This document shows, piece after piece, positions 18,526 to 27,862 of a stretch of 52,550 bases of DNA (the first letter of the stretch is position 1; the number at the start of each line of letters is the position of its first letter). This DNA is from Gammaproteobacteria bacterium (GTDB lineage: Bacteria; Pseudomonadota; Gammaproteobacteria; Tenderiales; Tenderiaceae): contig JAJRUN010000082.1 of NCBI GenBank assembly GCA_024277755.1, forward strand, positions 1-52,550. The letters run 5' to 3'. The notes under the pieces are model-generated. The model saw nothing but the letters and a program-made list of their open reading frames with translations. It ran no database searches and had not been told where the DNA came from. The translations under genes and the position numbers were made by a program.

Positions 18526-19388
18526 GGATTGCCAGACCCTGGCTTACAGCCGGGTTTTACTGCCTCAATCGAAGCCGACACTACATAATCCGTGACATTA
18601 TGATCCGGTGCCCAATCGCGAATAAATGCTTTTGATTCATCTTTGGGTTCGATGCGCACATCAACAAAACCCGCCGCCTTAATCATTGCCTCCAGGTCTT
18701 CAACCAACGAGGCATTGCCCATACAACCGGCAATCAAGGCCGGATCGTTACGCATCTCTTCCGGCAGTTCAACCGTTGCCACCACATCAGAAATCGCCAA
18801 CCGGCCACCTTTATTCAAGACACGAAAGGCATCCTTGAACACCTGCTCTTTATTGGGTGACAGATTGATCACGCAATTAGAGATGATCACATCCACCGTT
18901 TCATTCTCTATTGGCAAATGTTCAATCTCACCCAGGCGAAACTCAACGTTTTTGTACTGGCCTTTAACAGCGTTATTGCGCGCCTTGCTCAGCATATCCG
19001 GCGTCATATCTACACCTATCACACGGCCCGTTTCACCCACCTCATGCGAGGCCAAAAAGCAGTCAAAACCACCACCGGCTCCCAGATCAACCACCACTTC
19101 ACCGGGCTTAAGTGAGGCAATCGCACGCGGGTTACCACAGCCCAGTCCCATGTCAGCCCCACTCGGCGTATTGGCCAGATCTGCCTCGCTATAACCCAGG
19201 CGCGTCGAAATCAGGGTGTTGATGGAAGCATCATCCGACACACCACAACAACTGCTCTCGATACCACAGCTCTCGCTATTGTTCTCGGCATTTGCCACCT
19301 TGGCATAGGCATCACGCACTTCTTGGCGATGATTGTCTTGATCTGCGTGATTCGGTTTTTCTGTTTTTGGCGAACAACATGAACTCAT
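18522..19388 (-). CDS. arsM: Arsenite S-adenosylmethionine methyltransferase
   Basis: N-terminal CC pairs, MGLGCGNP, DLGAGGGFDC, SNCVINLSP, AGC motif; directly downstream of arsR. Confidence 0.9.
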   Translation of the reverse strand: MSSCCSPKTEKPNHADQDNHRQEVRDAYAKVANAENNSESCGIESSCCGVSDDASINTLISTRLGYSEADLANTPSGADMGLGCGNPRAIASLKPGEVVVDLGAGGGFDCFLASHEVGETGRVIGVDMTPDMLSKARNNAVKGQYKNVEFRLGEIEHLPIENETVDVIISNCVINLSPNKEQVFKDAFRVLNKGGRLAISDVVATVELPEEMRNDPALIAGCMGNASLVEDLEAMIKAAGFVDVRIEPKDESKAFIRDWAPDHNVTDYVVSASIEAVKPGCKPGSGNP

Positions 19389-19411
19389 GGTTTACTCCTT
19401 ATTCGTCTCGA

Positions 19412-19723
19412 TTAAACTTTAAAAAAGGCACTCAATTCGGTTAGAACACTTGGATCCAACCAGCATTCCACATGCTTACCACGTCGCTCCATCTGGATCA
19501 GACCGGCACGATTTAATTCCTTTAAATGATGCGACAGGGTCGATGGCGCGATATCCAAGCCCTCACCCAGCTCACCCACGCAAAATCGCTCAGCCTCGAC
19601 ACCACACTTGGTGCCCGGCGTGCAGCAATTCATCAAACGATTAAACAGCGCCAGGCGATGCGGATTACTGAGCGCCTTGAACATTTCATCAAGCGGGGTA
19701 TTATTTATTTGATAGTTCGACAT
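19412..19723 (-). CDS. arsR: ArsR/SmtB-family repressor
   Basis: FKALSNPHRL, CVGEL, STLSHHLKEL. Likely start ATG 19723 (the track uses 19777). Confidence 0.9.
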   Translation of the reverse strand: MSNYQINNTPLDEMFKALSNPHRLALFNRLMNCCTPGTKCGVEAERFCVGELGEGLDIAPSTLSHHLKELNRAGLIQMERRGKHVECWLDPSVLTELSAFFKV

Positions 19724-19758
19724 ATTTCGAATTATAGGGCGTTTTAGATGAGAGTCAA
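19712..19758 (-). promoter_or_regulatory. sigma70 promoter and operator palindrome of arsR-arsM
   Basis: TTGACT (19758-19753), 16 nt, TATAAT (19736-19731). The inverted repeat ATAGTTCGA-N6-TCGAATTAT (19712-19735) spans the ATG and the -10. Confidence 0.75.
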
Positions 19759-19882
19759 GCCCATCCCCGATTAACAAGCTAAACAGGATATGTTGGACTT
19801 TTAAATCAAAGACAAAGATTAGGACGAATCACAGCCCTGAGGACAAAAAAGCTGTTAGAACAACTGACAATTCAGAAGAGCG

Positions 19883-19907
19883 CCCCCCCGCCATTGCAGC
19901 AGGGGGG
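19883..19907 (-). terminator. GC-rich hairpin after glgP
   Basis: CCCCCCTGC-TGCAATG-GCGGGGGGG directly after the glgP stop; weak U tract. Confidence 0.55.
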
Positions 19908-19917
19908 ATTGCAAAAC

Positions 19918-22419
19918 TTACTTCTCCACCGCTACCGGCGTTAATTTCCAGATGTCACGATTATATTCCCGCATGGTTCTATCGGTAGAAAACTTACCAC
20001 TGCAGGCGGCATTCATAATGCTCATCTCGACCCAGCGATCCTGATCCTGATAGGCTTCTGCTGCACGCTGTTGGGCGTCGATGAATTCGCGGAAGTCTGC
20101 CGCCACCAGCCATGGGTCATGCGGGTTGCAAATAGAATGAATGATATTTTCAAACAGTCCTTGTTCGAACTGATTAAAGTGACCACACCGGAGTAGTTTC
20201 ATGACCCTGTTCAGGTCTTCGTCTGCGGCAATGATCGCAGCAGGATCGTAGTGCCCTCGCGCCTGAGCCACTTCTTCAGCGGTCATACCGAACAGGAAGA
20301 AGTTTTCATCCCCCACCTCTTCACGAATTTCAATATTGGCACCATCCAGCGTGCCAATGGTCACCGCGCCGTTCATCATAAACTTCATATTGCCGGTGCC
20401 GGAAGCCTCTTTACCCGCGGTTGAAATCTGTTCAGACAAATCGGTGCCCGGGCAGATAAGTTCCATCGCTGTAACACGATAATTGGGTAGAAATGCCACT
20501 TTGAGCAGATCACCCACCTCGGGGTCATTATTGACCATGAAGGCGACATTATTGATCAGTTTGATAATGCTCTTGGCGATGGCATAGCCTGGGGCGGCCT
20601 TTCCACCAATCAGCACACAACGGGGTGTCCAGTTAGCCGTGTCACCGCGTTTGATCCGGTCATAGAGATGAATGACATGCAGTATGTTCAGCAGTTGACG
20701 CTTGTATTCATGGATACGCTTAACCTGAACATCAAACATCGCCTCAGGCTTGAAGACCACACCACACTCTGCTTCCACCAGATTTGCCAGACGTTGTTTA
20801 TTGGCCTGCTTAACCTTGTGCCACTTCTTGCGAAAGGCGGCCTTCTTGGCGTAAGGCTTCAGCTTTTGCAGATGCTCCAGTTCCGTCACCCATGCATCGC
20901 CAATATTGTCGCTGATTAACTGGCTTTGATCAGGGTTACACCAGGCCAGCCAGCGACGCTGGGTAACACCATTGGTCTTGTTATTAAACTTGTGCGGCCA
21001 CAGCTCGTAGAAATCATGGAACAGACCGCCCATCAATAAATCTGAATGCAACTGGGCCACGCCGTTAATGGAATAACTGCCGACAATGGCCAGATAAGCC
21101 ATACGCACCTGCGGCTCGCCACCCTCTTCGATAATGGACATCCGTGCCAGACGATCCGTGTCGCCCGGCCAGCGCTGCGCCACCTCACCCAGGAAGCGGG
21201 CGTTGATCTCATAAATAATTTCCAGCAGACGTGGTAACAACTGCTTAAACATCCGAACCGGCCAGCGCTCCAGCGCCTCTGGCAACAAGGTGTGATTGGT
21301 ATAGGCCATGGTGCTGGAGGTAATCGCCCAGGCATCGTCCCAACTCATTTTTTGCCTGTCCATCAACTGGCGCATCATCTAGGCGATAGCAATGGTGGGA
21401 TGGGTGTCATTCAACTGAAAGCAGTTTTTTTCTGCAAAATCACTAAAATCCAGACCGTGGTCACGAACCCAGCGGCGGAAGACATCATTCAAACTTGCGG
21501 AGGCGAGAAAATACTGCTGCCTCAGACGCAGCTCTTTGCCATTCTCGCTGGCATCGTTGGGATAGAGCACCATCGAAATATGCTCAGCTTCATTTTTGCT
21601 TGCCACTGACTCGGTGTAATCACCGGCGTTAAACTCATCGAGATTGAATTCATCGGTCGCCGCGGCGCTCCACAGGCGCAGGGTATTAACCGTGCCGTTG
21701 CGGTATCCCGGCACAGGCACATCGTAAGGCACCGCAAGTACGTCCTGGGTATCAACCCAGCGCGAGCGCATCACGTTATCAGCATCACGATAAAATTCAG
21801 TGCGTCCACCAAAATGAATTCGCTGGGTAAATTCCGGCCGTTCCAGTTCCCATGGATTGCCGTTACGCAGCCAGTGATCCGGTTCTTCGACCTGATGACC
21901 ATTTTCGATATGTTGTCTGAACATGCCGTATTCGTAACGAATGCCATAACCAATCACCGGCAATTGCAGGGTGGCACAACTATCGAGAAAACAGGCAGCC
22001 AAACGCCCCAGACCACCATTGCCCAGCCCCGCATCATGCTCGGCCTCGGCCACCTCTTCCAGTTCAATACCATATTTTTCCAGGGCAGCGGTTGCTTCAT
22101 CGTTAACACCCAGATTAAGCATGGCATTGCCCAGGGCACGGCCCATCAAAAATTCCAGTGACATGTAGTGAGCACGGCGGCTATCAGTCTCTTGATAGAC
22201 GAAGCGAGTGTTCTTCCAGCGTTCCATCAAACGATCACGCAACACCAGGGCCAGAGCCGTGTAGGGATAATGGGTGGACATGCAGAAACGGTCGCGCCCC
22301 AGGGTAGTACTGAAATGGCGACGGAAGTCAGCGGCCAAATCGGCCGTTTTCATACCCAACCGTGGAACTTCAGTCAGTTCAGGGTGGGGCTGGCTGTTTT
22401 TCAGGGGTTTAAAAATCAT
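19918..22419 (-). pseudogene. glgP: Glycogen phosphorylase interrupted by a single in-frame TAG at 21379-21381
   Basis: GLGNGGLGRLAACFLDS, QLNDTHPTIAIA*MMRQL (normally ...ELMR), YTNHTLLPEALE, KRIHEYKRQLLN, EASGTGNMK. The two track ORFs are contiguous and in frame. Confidence 0.92.
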
Positions 22420-22695
22420 GCTGTTGACTCAGTTGGTTAATCAATTCAACACCCCATTCATTCTGGTTTTTCAGACAAACACACCGCGATGAAATGAGAT
22501 AAAATTTTGCAGGTCGCAATTATACCCACATTCAATTAAGGACACCTCTATTAATTCTGAGGCTGCCCTTAAGGCTGGCCTTGTTTTCTATGAACCATCC
22601 CCCCATCTCACAGTCATATTTTTCTGCAAGGCTTGCTGCTTTGGCCACGATAGGTAAAATTCACAACACCGCAATAACAGCCGTAAAGGGTGCTT

Positions 22696-23655
22696 ATGTC
22701 GTACCAACAAGAAATACAACAACTCAAACAGCATATCAGTCAGCAAATCATCGGTCAGGAAGCGCTGGTGGATCGTATGCTCATCGCCCTGCTCTGCGAT
22801 GGCCACCTGCTGGTGGAGGGTGCCCCCGGGCTGGCCAAGACCCGCGCCATCAAGAGTCTCAGTGAATCCATCGAAGGTGACTTTCACCGCGTCCAGTTCA
22901 CCCCTGACCTGCTGCCTGCCGATCTCACCGGCACCGAGATATTTCGCCCTCAGGAAGGCAGTTTCGAATTCCAGCCCGGGCCTCTGTTTCACAATCTGAT
23001 TCTGGCCGACGAAATCAACCGCGCCCCGGCCAAGGTGCAATCCGCCCTGCTGGAGGCCATGGCCGAACGGCAGATCACCGTAGGTGCTGTGACCCACAAG
23101 CTGCCTGAGCTGTTTCTGGTAATGGCAACCCAAAACCCGATTGAGCAGGAAGGCACCTACCCCCTGCCCGAGGCACAGCTGGATCGGTTTCTGCTGCATG
23201 TGTTTATCGATTACCCCAACGCTGAGGCCGAACGCAAAATCCTTCATCTGGTGCGCAACGAAGCCCAGACCAGCACAACCGGCGCCACCACCATGATCAC
23301 CCAGAACGCCCTGTTCGGCGCCCGCAAAGAGGTGCTGAAAATCCACATGGCTGACAATCTGGAGGAGTACCTGCTGCAATTAATTCTGACGACACGCAAA
23401 CCCACTGGCCACAGCGCCGGGCTGGCGCAATGGATTGAATACGGCGCCAGCCCTCGCGCCACCATCGCCCTCGATCGCACCGCCCGCGCCCACGCCTGGT
23501 TGCAGGGACGTGACTATGTTGCCCCGGAAGATATTCAAGCCATGGCCTTTGACGTGCTGCGGCATCGCATCATCCTCAGCTATGAAGCCGAAGCCAACGG
23601 CATTACCGCCGACAAATTCATCAACGAGTTGATCCATACCGTCGCCGTACCATGA
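22696..23655 (+). CDS. moxR: MoxR-family AAA+ ATPase
   Basis: EGAPGLAKT, QFTPDLLPAD, DEINRAPAKVQSALLEAM, ATQNPIEQEGTYPLPEAQLDRF. Confidence 0.95.
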   Translation: MSYQQEIQQLKQHISQQIIGQEALVDRMLIALLCDGHLLVEGAPGLAKTRAIKSLSESIEGDFHRVQFTPDLLPADLTGTEIFRPQEGSFEFQPGPLFHNLILADEINRAPAKVQSALLEAMAERQITVGAVTHKLPELFLVMATQNPIEQEGTYPLPEAQLDRFLLHVFIDYPNAEAERKILHLVRNEAQTSTTGATTMITQNALFGARKEVLKIHMADNLEEYLLQLILTTRKPTGHSAGLAQWIEYGASPRATIALDRTARAHAWLQGRDYVAPEDIQAMAFDVLRHRIILSYEAEANGITADKFINELIHTVAVP

Positions 23656-24602
23656 ACCTGTTCAACCGCCACACAAGCCCCGTTGACAGCAAGCCAGTCG
23701 ATGGCGACAACCTGGTGTTTGTCTCCCCAGCCACACTTATCGCTCTGCGCACAGCCGGTGAAGGACTGTCACTCAAAGCCAGCCGCATTGCCGCCCGTCA
23801 AAGCGGCAACTACCTGTCGCGTTTCAAGGGCCGGGGCATGGAGTTTGACGAGTCACGGCTATATCAGCCCGGTGATGATGTCCGCACCCTGGACTGGCGC
23901 GTCACCGCCCGCACCGGAAAACCGCACACCAAACTGTTTCGTGAAGAACGGGAACGCGCCGTGCTGACCTGGGTCGATATGCGCCCGACCATGTTTTTTG
24001 CCACCCGTGGCGCCTTTAAATCCGTCATCGCCGCCCGCACCGCCGCCTTGATTGCCTGGTGCGCCAACCAGCAGGGCGACCGCCTCGGCAGCCTGGTATT
24101 CAATGCCGACAGCCACCACGAACTGCGTCCCAAACGCGGCAAATCAGCGGTGCTGCAACTGCTGCAACATTTAAGCTCAGCCTCACACTGGCAAAGCCGG
24201 CACAATGAACAGGAACCGGATGCCAACAACGCCCTGGCGCGTTTGCGCCGTGTTGCCAAACCTGGCAGTCTGATCTTTCTCATCAGTGACTTCCGCAACC
24301 TTGGGCCGCAGGCCGAGTCGCATCTGGCACAACTGTCACGCCACAACGACGTCGTGCTGTTCCACATTCACGACCCTTTGGAACAGGCACTGCCGCAACG
24401 CGGCCAATATCGTGTCACCTGGGGACAACGCAGCAGCATCTTTAGCAGCAGCAGCGCAGCACAACAAAAACACCGCCAGCAGTTCGAGCAACATCGACAG
24501 CAGCTACAACAGCTATGCCGATTTCCCGGCATCTATTACCTCAGCTGCGCCACCAATGCCGATGTGCTTCAATGCCTGCAACAGGGTTTGAGACGGCGAT
24601 GA
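23652..24602 (+). CDS. DUF58 vWA-like protein
   Basis: GRGMEFDESRLYQPGDDVRTLDWRVTAR and LISDF; ATGA overlap with moxR. Confidence 0.93.
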   Translation: MNLFNRHTSPVDSKPVDGDNLVFVSPATLIALRTAGEGLSLKASRIAARQSGNYLSRFKGRGMEFDESRLYQPGDDVRTLDWRVTARTGKPHTKLFREERERAVLTWVDMRPTMFFATRGAFKSVIAARTAALIAWCANQQGDRLGSLVFNADSHHELRPKRGKSAVLQLLQHLSSASHWQSRHNEQEPDANNALARLRRVAKPGSLIFLISDFRNLGPQAESHLAQLSRHNDVVLFHIHDPLEQALPQRGQYRVTWGQRSSIFSSSSAAQQKHRQQFEQHRQQLQQLCRFPGIYYLSCATNADVLQCLQQGLRRR

Positions 24603-25081
24603 ATCCCGAGTCAAACCAAACCCTGCCACTGCGCGACATTCACCTGCCTGAAGCCGTCAGCTGGTGGCCGCCAGCCATGGGTTGGTGGCTGTTATTGGCC
24701 CTGCTGCTGTTGCTGCCAGTGGTTGTCTGGGCGGTTCGCAAATTCATGGCCCGGCAACAGCTGCGCAAACAGGCCCTGACAGAACTGAACACCATCGAAA
24801 CCTGCTTTGAAGAACATAAAAACACACAACAACTGGTTAGCGAAATCTCTGTTTTGCTACGTCGCATCTGTATCAGCCGTTTTCCGCGCCATGACGTGGC
24901 AGGGCTGAATGGTGAAGCATGGACAGCGTTTTTGAATTCACAGAGCAAACGTTTTGATGCTGACAGTTGTCAGGCACTGATCAGTGGCCCGTTTCGAAAA
25001 CAGTGCAACATCAATGGCCAGCAACTCATCAGTGCCTGTCGTGACTGGATCAAACATCTGCAACCGGGCAGTCAGCCATGA
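24599..25081 (+). CDS. DUF4381-family membrane protein
   Basis: LRDIHLPEAVSWWPPAMGWW plus a TM segment; ATG 24599 overlaps the DUF58 stop. Confidence 0.88.
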   Translation: MNPESNQTLPLRDIHLPEAVSWWPPAMGWWLLLALLLLLPVVVWAVRKFMARQQLRKQALTELNTIETCFEEHKNTQQLVSEISVLLRRICISRFPRHDVAGLNGEAWTAFLNSQSKRFDADSCQALISGPFRKQCNINGQQLISACRDWIKHLQPGSQP

Positions 25082-26082
25082 TTCAGTTTGAATGGTTGTG
25101 GGCCTTTGCAGCCTTACCTCTGCCCCTGTTACTGCACTTCATGCTGCCCGCGGCAAAAAGCCAGCAAGACGCGGCCCTGCGCGTGCCCTTTATCGACGAT
25201 TTCCAGGGCATCAGCAACGCCCGGCTAAGCGCTGGAAAACCCAGGCACTGGCCCTTGCTGCTGGCTGCCCTGGCCTGGCTTTGCCTGGTCATTGCGGTGG
25301 CACGCCCACAGTGGATTGGCGAACCGATCGAACTGCCCACCAGCGGTCGCGACCTGATGCTGGCGGTGGATCTGTCCGGCAGCATGGACACCCGTGATTT
25401 TCAGATCAAAGGCGAGATGGTCAATCGACTCCAGGCCACCCAGGTCATCGCCGGTGAATTCATCAAGCAACGTGTAGGTGATCGCATTGGTCTGATCCTG
25501 TTTGGTGAACAGGCCTATCTGCAAACACCCCTGACCTTTGATCGCGACACGGTGCGCATTCTGCTCTACGAAGCTGCTATTGGTCTGGCAGGCAAGTCCA
25601 CCGCCATTGGTGATGCCATCGGCCTGATGGTAAAACGTCTGCCCGATGAAACAGATATCCAGCAAGTGATGATCCTGCTCACCGATGGCGCCAACACCGC
25701 TGGCGAGGTCAGTCCCATCAAGGCCGCCGAGCTTGCCGCTGAGAGAGGGCTGAAAATCTACACCATTGGCATCGGTGCCGAGGAGATGATTGTCCGTTCA
25801 CTGTTTGGCAATCAACGCGTCAACCCATCCGCCGATCTGGATGAAGCCACACTCAGCGCCATCGCCGAAAAGACCGGCGGCAAATATTTCCGTGCCCGTG
25901 ACACCGCAGAACTGTTAAAGATTTATGATCTGATAGACGAGCTGGAACCCAACGCCCAAGAGGCGGAACTGTTTCGGCCCATGCGCGCACTGTTCATCTA
26001 CCCCCTTGGTGCAGCCATGGCACTGGCAAGCCTGTTAATGCTGGCGCTTGGCCTGACAGGATTAAGGCAACAACATGGATAG
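25078..26082 (+). CDS. batA: BatA-like vWA membrane protein
   Basis: ARPQW, MIDAS DLSGSM, GDRIGLILFG, TAIGDAIG, LLTDG. Confidence 0.9.
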   Translation: MIQFEWLWAFAALPLPLLLHFMLPAAKSQQDAALRVPFIDDFQGISNARLSAGKPRHWPLLLAALAWLCLVIAVARPQWIGEPIELPTSGRDLMLAVDLSGSMDTRDFQIKGEMVNRLQATQVIAGEFIKQRVGDRIGLILFGEQAYLQTPLTFDRDTVRILLYEAAIGLAGKSTAIGDAIGLMVKRLPDETDIQQVMILLTDGANTAGEVSPIKAAELAAERGLKIYTIGIGAEEMIVRSLFGNQRVNPSADLDEATLSAIAEKTGGKYFRARDTAELLKIYDLIDELEPNAQEAELFRPMRALFIYPLGAAMALASLLMLALGLTGLRQQHG

Positions 26083-27862
26083 TTGTCAGTTATTACGCCC
26101 AGACTGGTTATGGCTGCTATTGCCTTTGATGCTGTTATTGCTGCTGCTCAAGCATCGCCGCAGACAAACAGGCAGCTGGGGGGCGGTCTGTGATTCACAA
26201 CTGCTGCCCTACATCCTGCAAGGCCGTGAGAGCAAAGCCAGTCGCTGGCCTTTGTTTGTAACAGCACTGGCAGGCCTGCTGGCCATCCTTGCCCTCAGTG
26301 GCCCGGTGTGCGAACAACACGAACAACCGGTATTCCGTGATCAGTCAGCCCTGGTGATTGCCCTGGATCTGTCACGTTCGATGGACAGTACAGATATTAA
26401 ACCCAGCCGTCTGGTGCGCGCCCGCTTGAAACTGATCGATATTCTCAAACAGCGTCAAGAAGGCCAGACAGCCCTGGTGGTTTATGCCGCTCAGTCCTTT
26501 ACTGTTTCGCCGTTGACAGACGATACCGACACCATCATCTCACTGGTCAGCAGCCTCGACAGCAACATGATGCCGCAACAAGGCAGCGATAGCGCCATCG
26601 CCATCGCCCGGTCGGCGCAATTATTGCAGCAGGCTGGCATCCCTAAAGGTGACATCCTGCTGATCAGCGACGGCATCAGCGATGCACAGCTGCAAGCAAC
26701 ACTGAAAGAGATCAAGGCTTATCAACACCGCGTCTCCGTGCTTAGTGTCGGCACCACTGAAGGCGCACCAATTGCCATGCGTGACGGTGGTTTTCTAAAA
26801 GACAAAAGCGGTGCCATTGTTATTCCAAAACTTAACGAGACACCACTGCAACAACTGGCCCGGCAGGCCAATGGCCGCTATCACAACATCAGCGCCGACG
26901 ACAGCGACATCAACTACCTGCTCGACATCGTCACCGCCGAAGGTGAAAGCAATGAAATTATCGACGGGCTCAATACCGACCAATGGCAAGAGGAAGGGCC
27001 ATGGTTATTGTTACTGCTATTACCGCTGGCGGCACTGGCCTTTCGGCGCGGCTATCTTGTGGTGATCACACTGCTCATCATGCCCTTGCCAGGTGATGTC
27101 TATGCAGCAGAGCTGCAACAACTGTGGCTAAACCAAAACCAGCTGGCCCAAAAACGATTGCAACAGGGCAACGCCGAACAAGCTGCCGAACTATTCAATG
27201 ACCCTGAGTGGAAAGCAGCGGCCTACTACCGTGCCGGACAATACCAACAAAGCATCAATGCCCTGCATGACATAAACAGCACTGAGGCCTTGTACAATAA
27301 AGGCAATGCACTGGCAAAACTGGGCAATATTCAAGAGGCTATTAACGCCTATGATGAAGTGCTAAAACGACAACCCGGCCATGAAGATGCCGAATACAAT
27401 CGTAATCTGCTAAAACACAAGCAAGCCGACCAGGGCCAAGAGAAAGGCAACGAATCTCAACAGGATTCAGAGGGCAATAACCCGCAACAACAAGGTGAAG
27501 GTCAGCGGAGCGATCAGGCCGAATCTCAACAACAGCAAAACCAGGACGGCCAACAGCAACAAGAATAGACGGGTAAGGAACAACAACAGACACCACAGCA
27601 GGCCCAGCAACAATCCGAGCAGGAAAAAACCGAACAAATGCAGCAACAAGCCCAACAACAAGACGGTGAAAACAATGACGCTGAAAAAGAGCAGCAGGCT
27701 CAGCCAGATCAGGAATCCAGCGAAATTTCAGAAACCGACATTGCTACCGAGCAATGGCTGCGGCGCATCCCTGATGATCCCGGCGGGCTGATGCGGCGCA
27801 AATTTCAATATCAATACCAACAACAATCTCAACAACGCAATAGTGAGATAGAACCATGGTAA
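26075..27862 (+). pseudogene. BatB/BatC-like vWA-TPR protein with an in-frame TAG at 27566-27568 in its Gln-rich linker
   Basis: DLSRSM MIDAS and TPR (YNKGNALAKLG). The frame continues past the TAG (QQQQE*TGKEQQQ...) to the conserved tail EQWLRRIPDDPGGLMRRKF; 27569 to 27638 is in frame. Confidence 0.85.
27420..27720 (+). repeat. Low-complexity CAA/CAG (Gln/Glu-rich) coding linker
   Basis: Runs such as CAACAGCAACAA inside batB. Confidence 0.7.

Noticed and set aside
22588-23379. 263-aa minus-strand ORF
   Set aside because: Antisense shadow of the highly conserved moxR.
27420-27720. CAA/CAG-rich repeats as a CRISPR array or tandem-repeat locus
   Set aside because: No constant repeat-spacer unit; this is the Gln-rich linker usual in BatB/C proteins.
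19918-27862. Genome-wide TAG reassignment or pyrrolysine
   Set aside because: glcE, glcF, hipA, nirD, the cytochrome c and the HPP gene end at TAG at their expected C-termini. The two internal TAGs replace different expected residues (Glu and probably Gln). No pyl genes are in the window.
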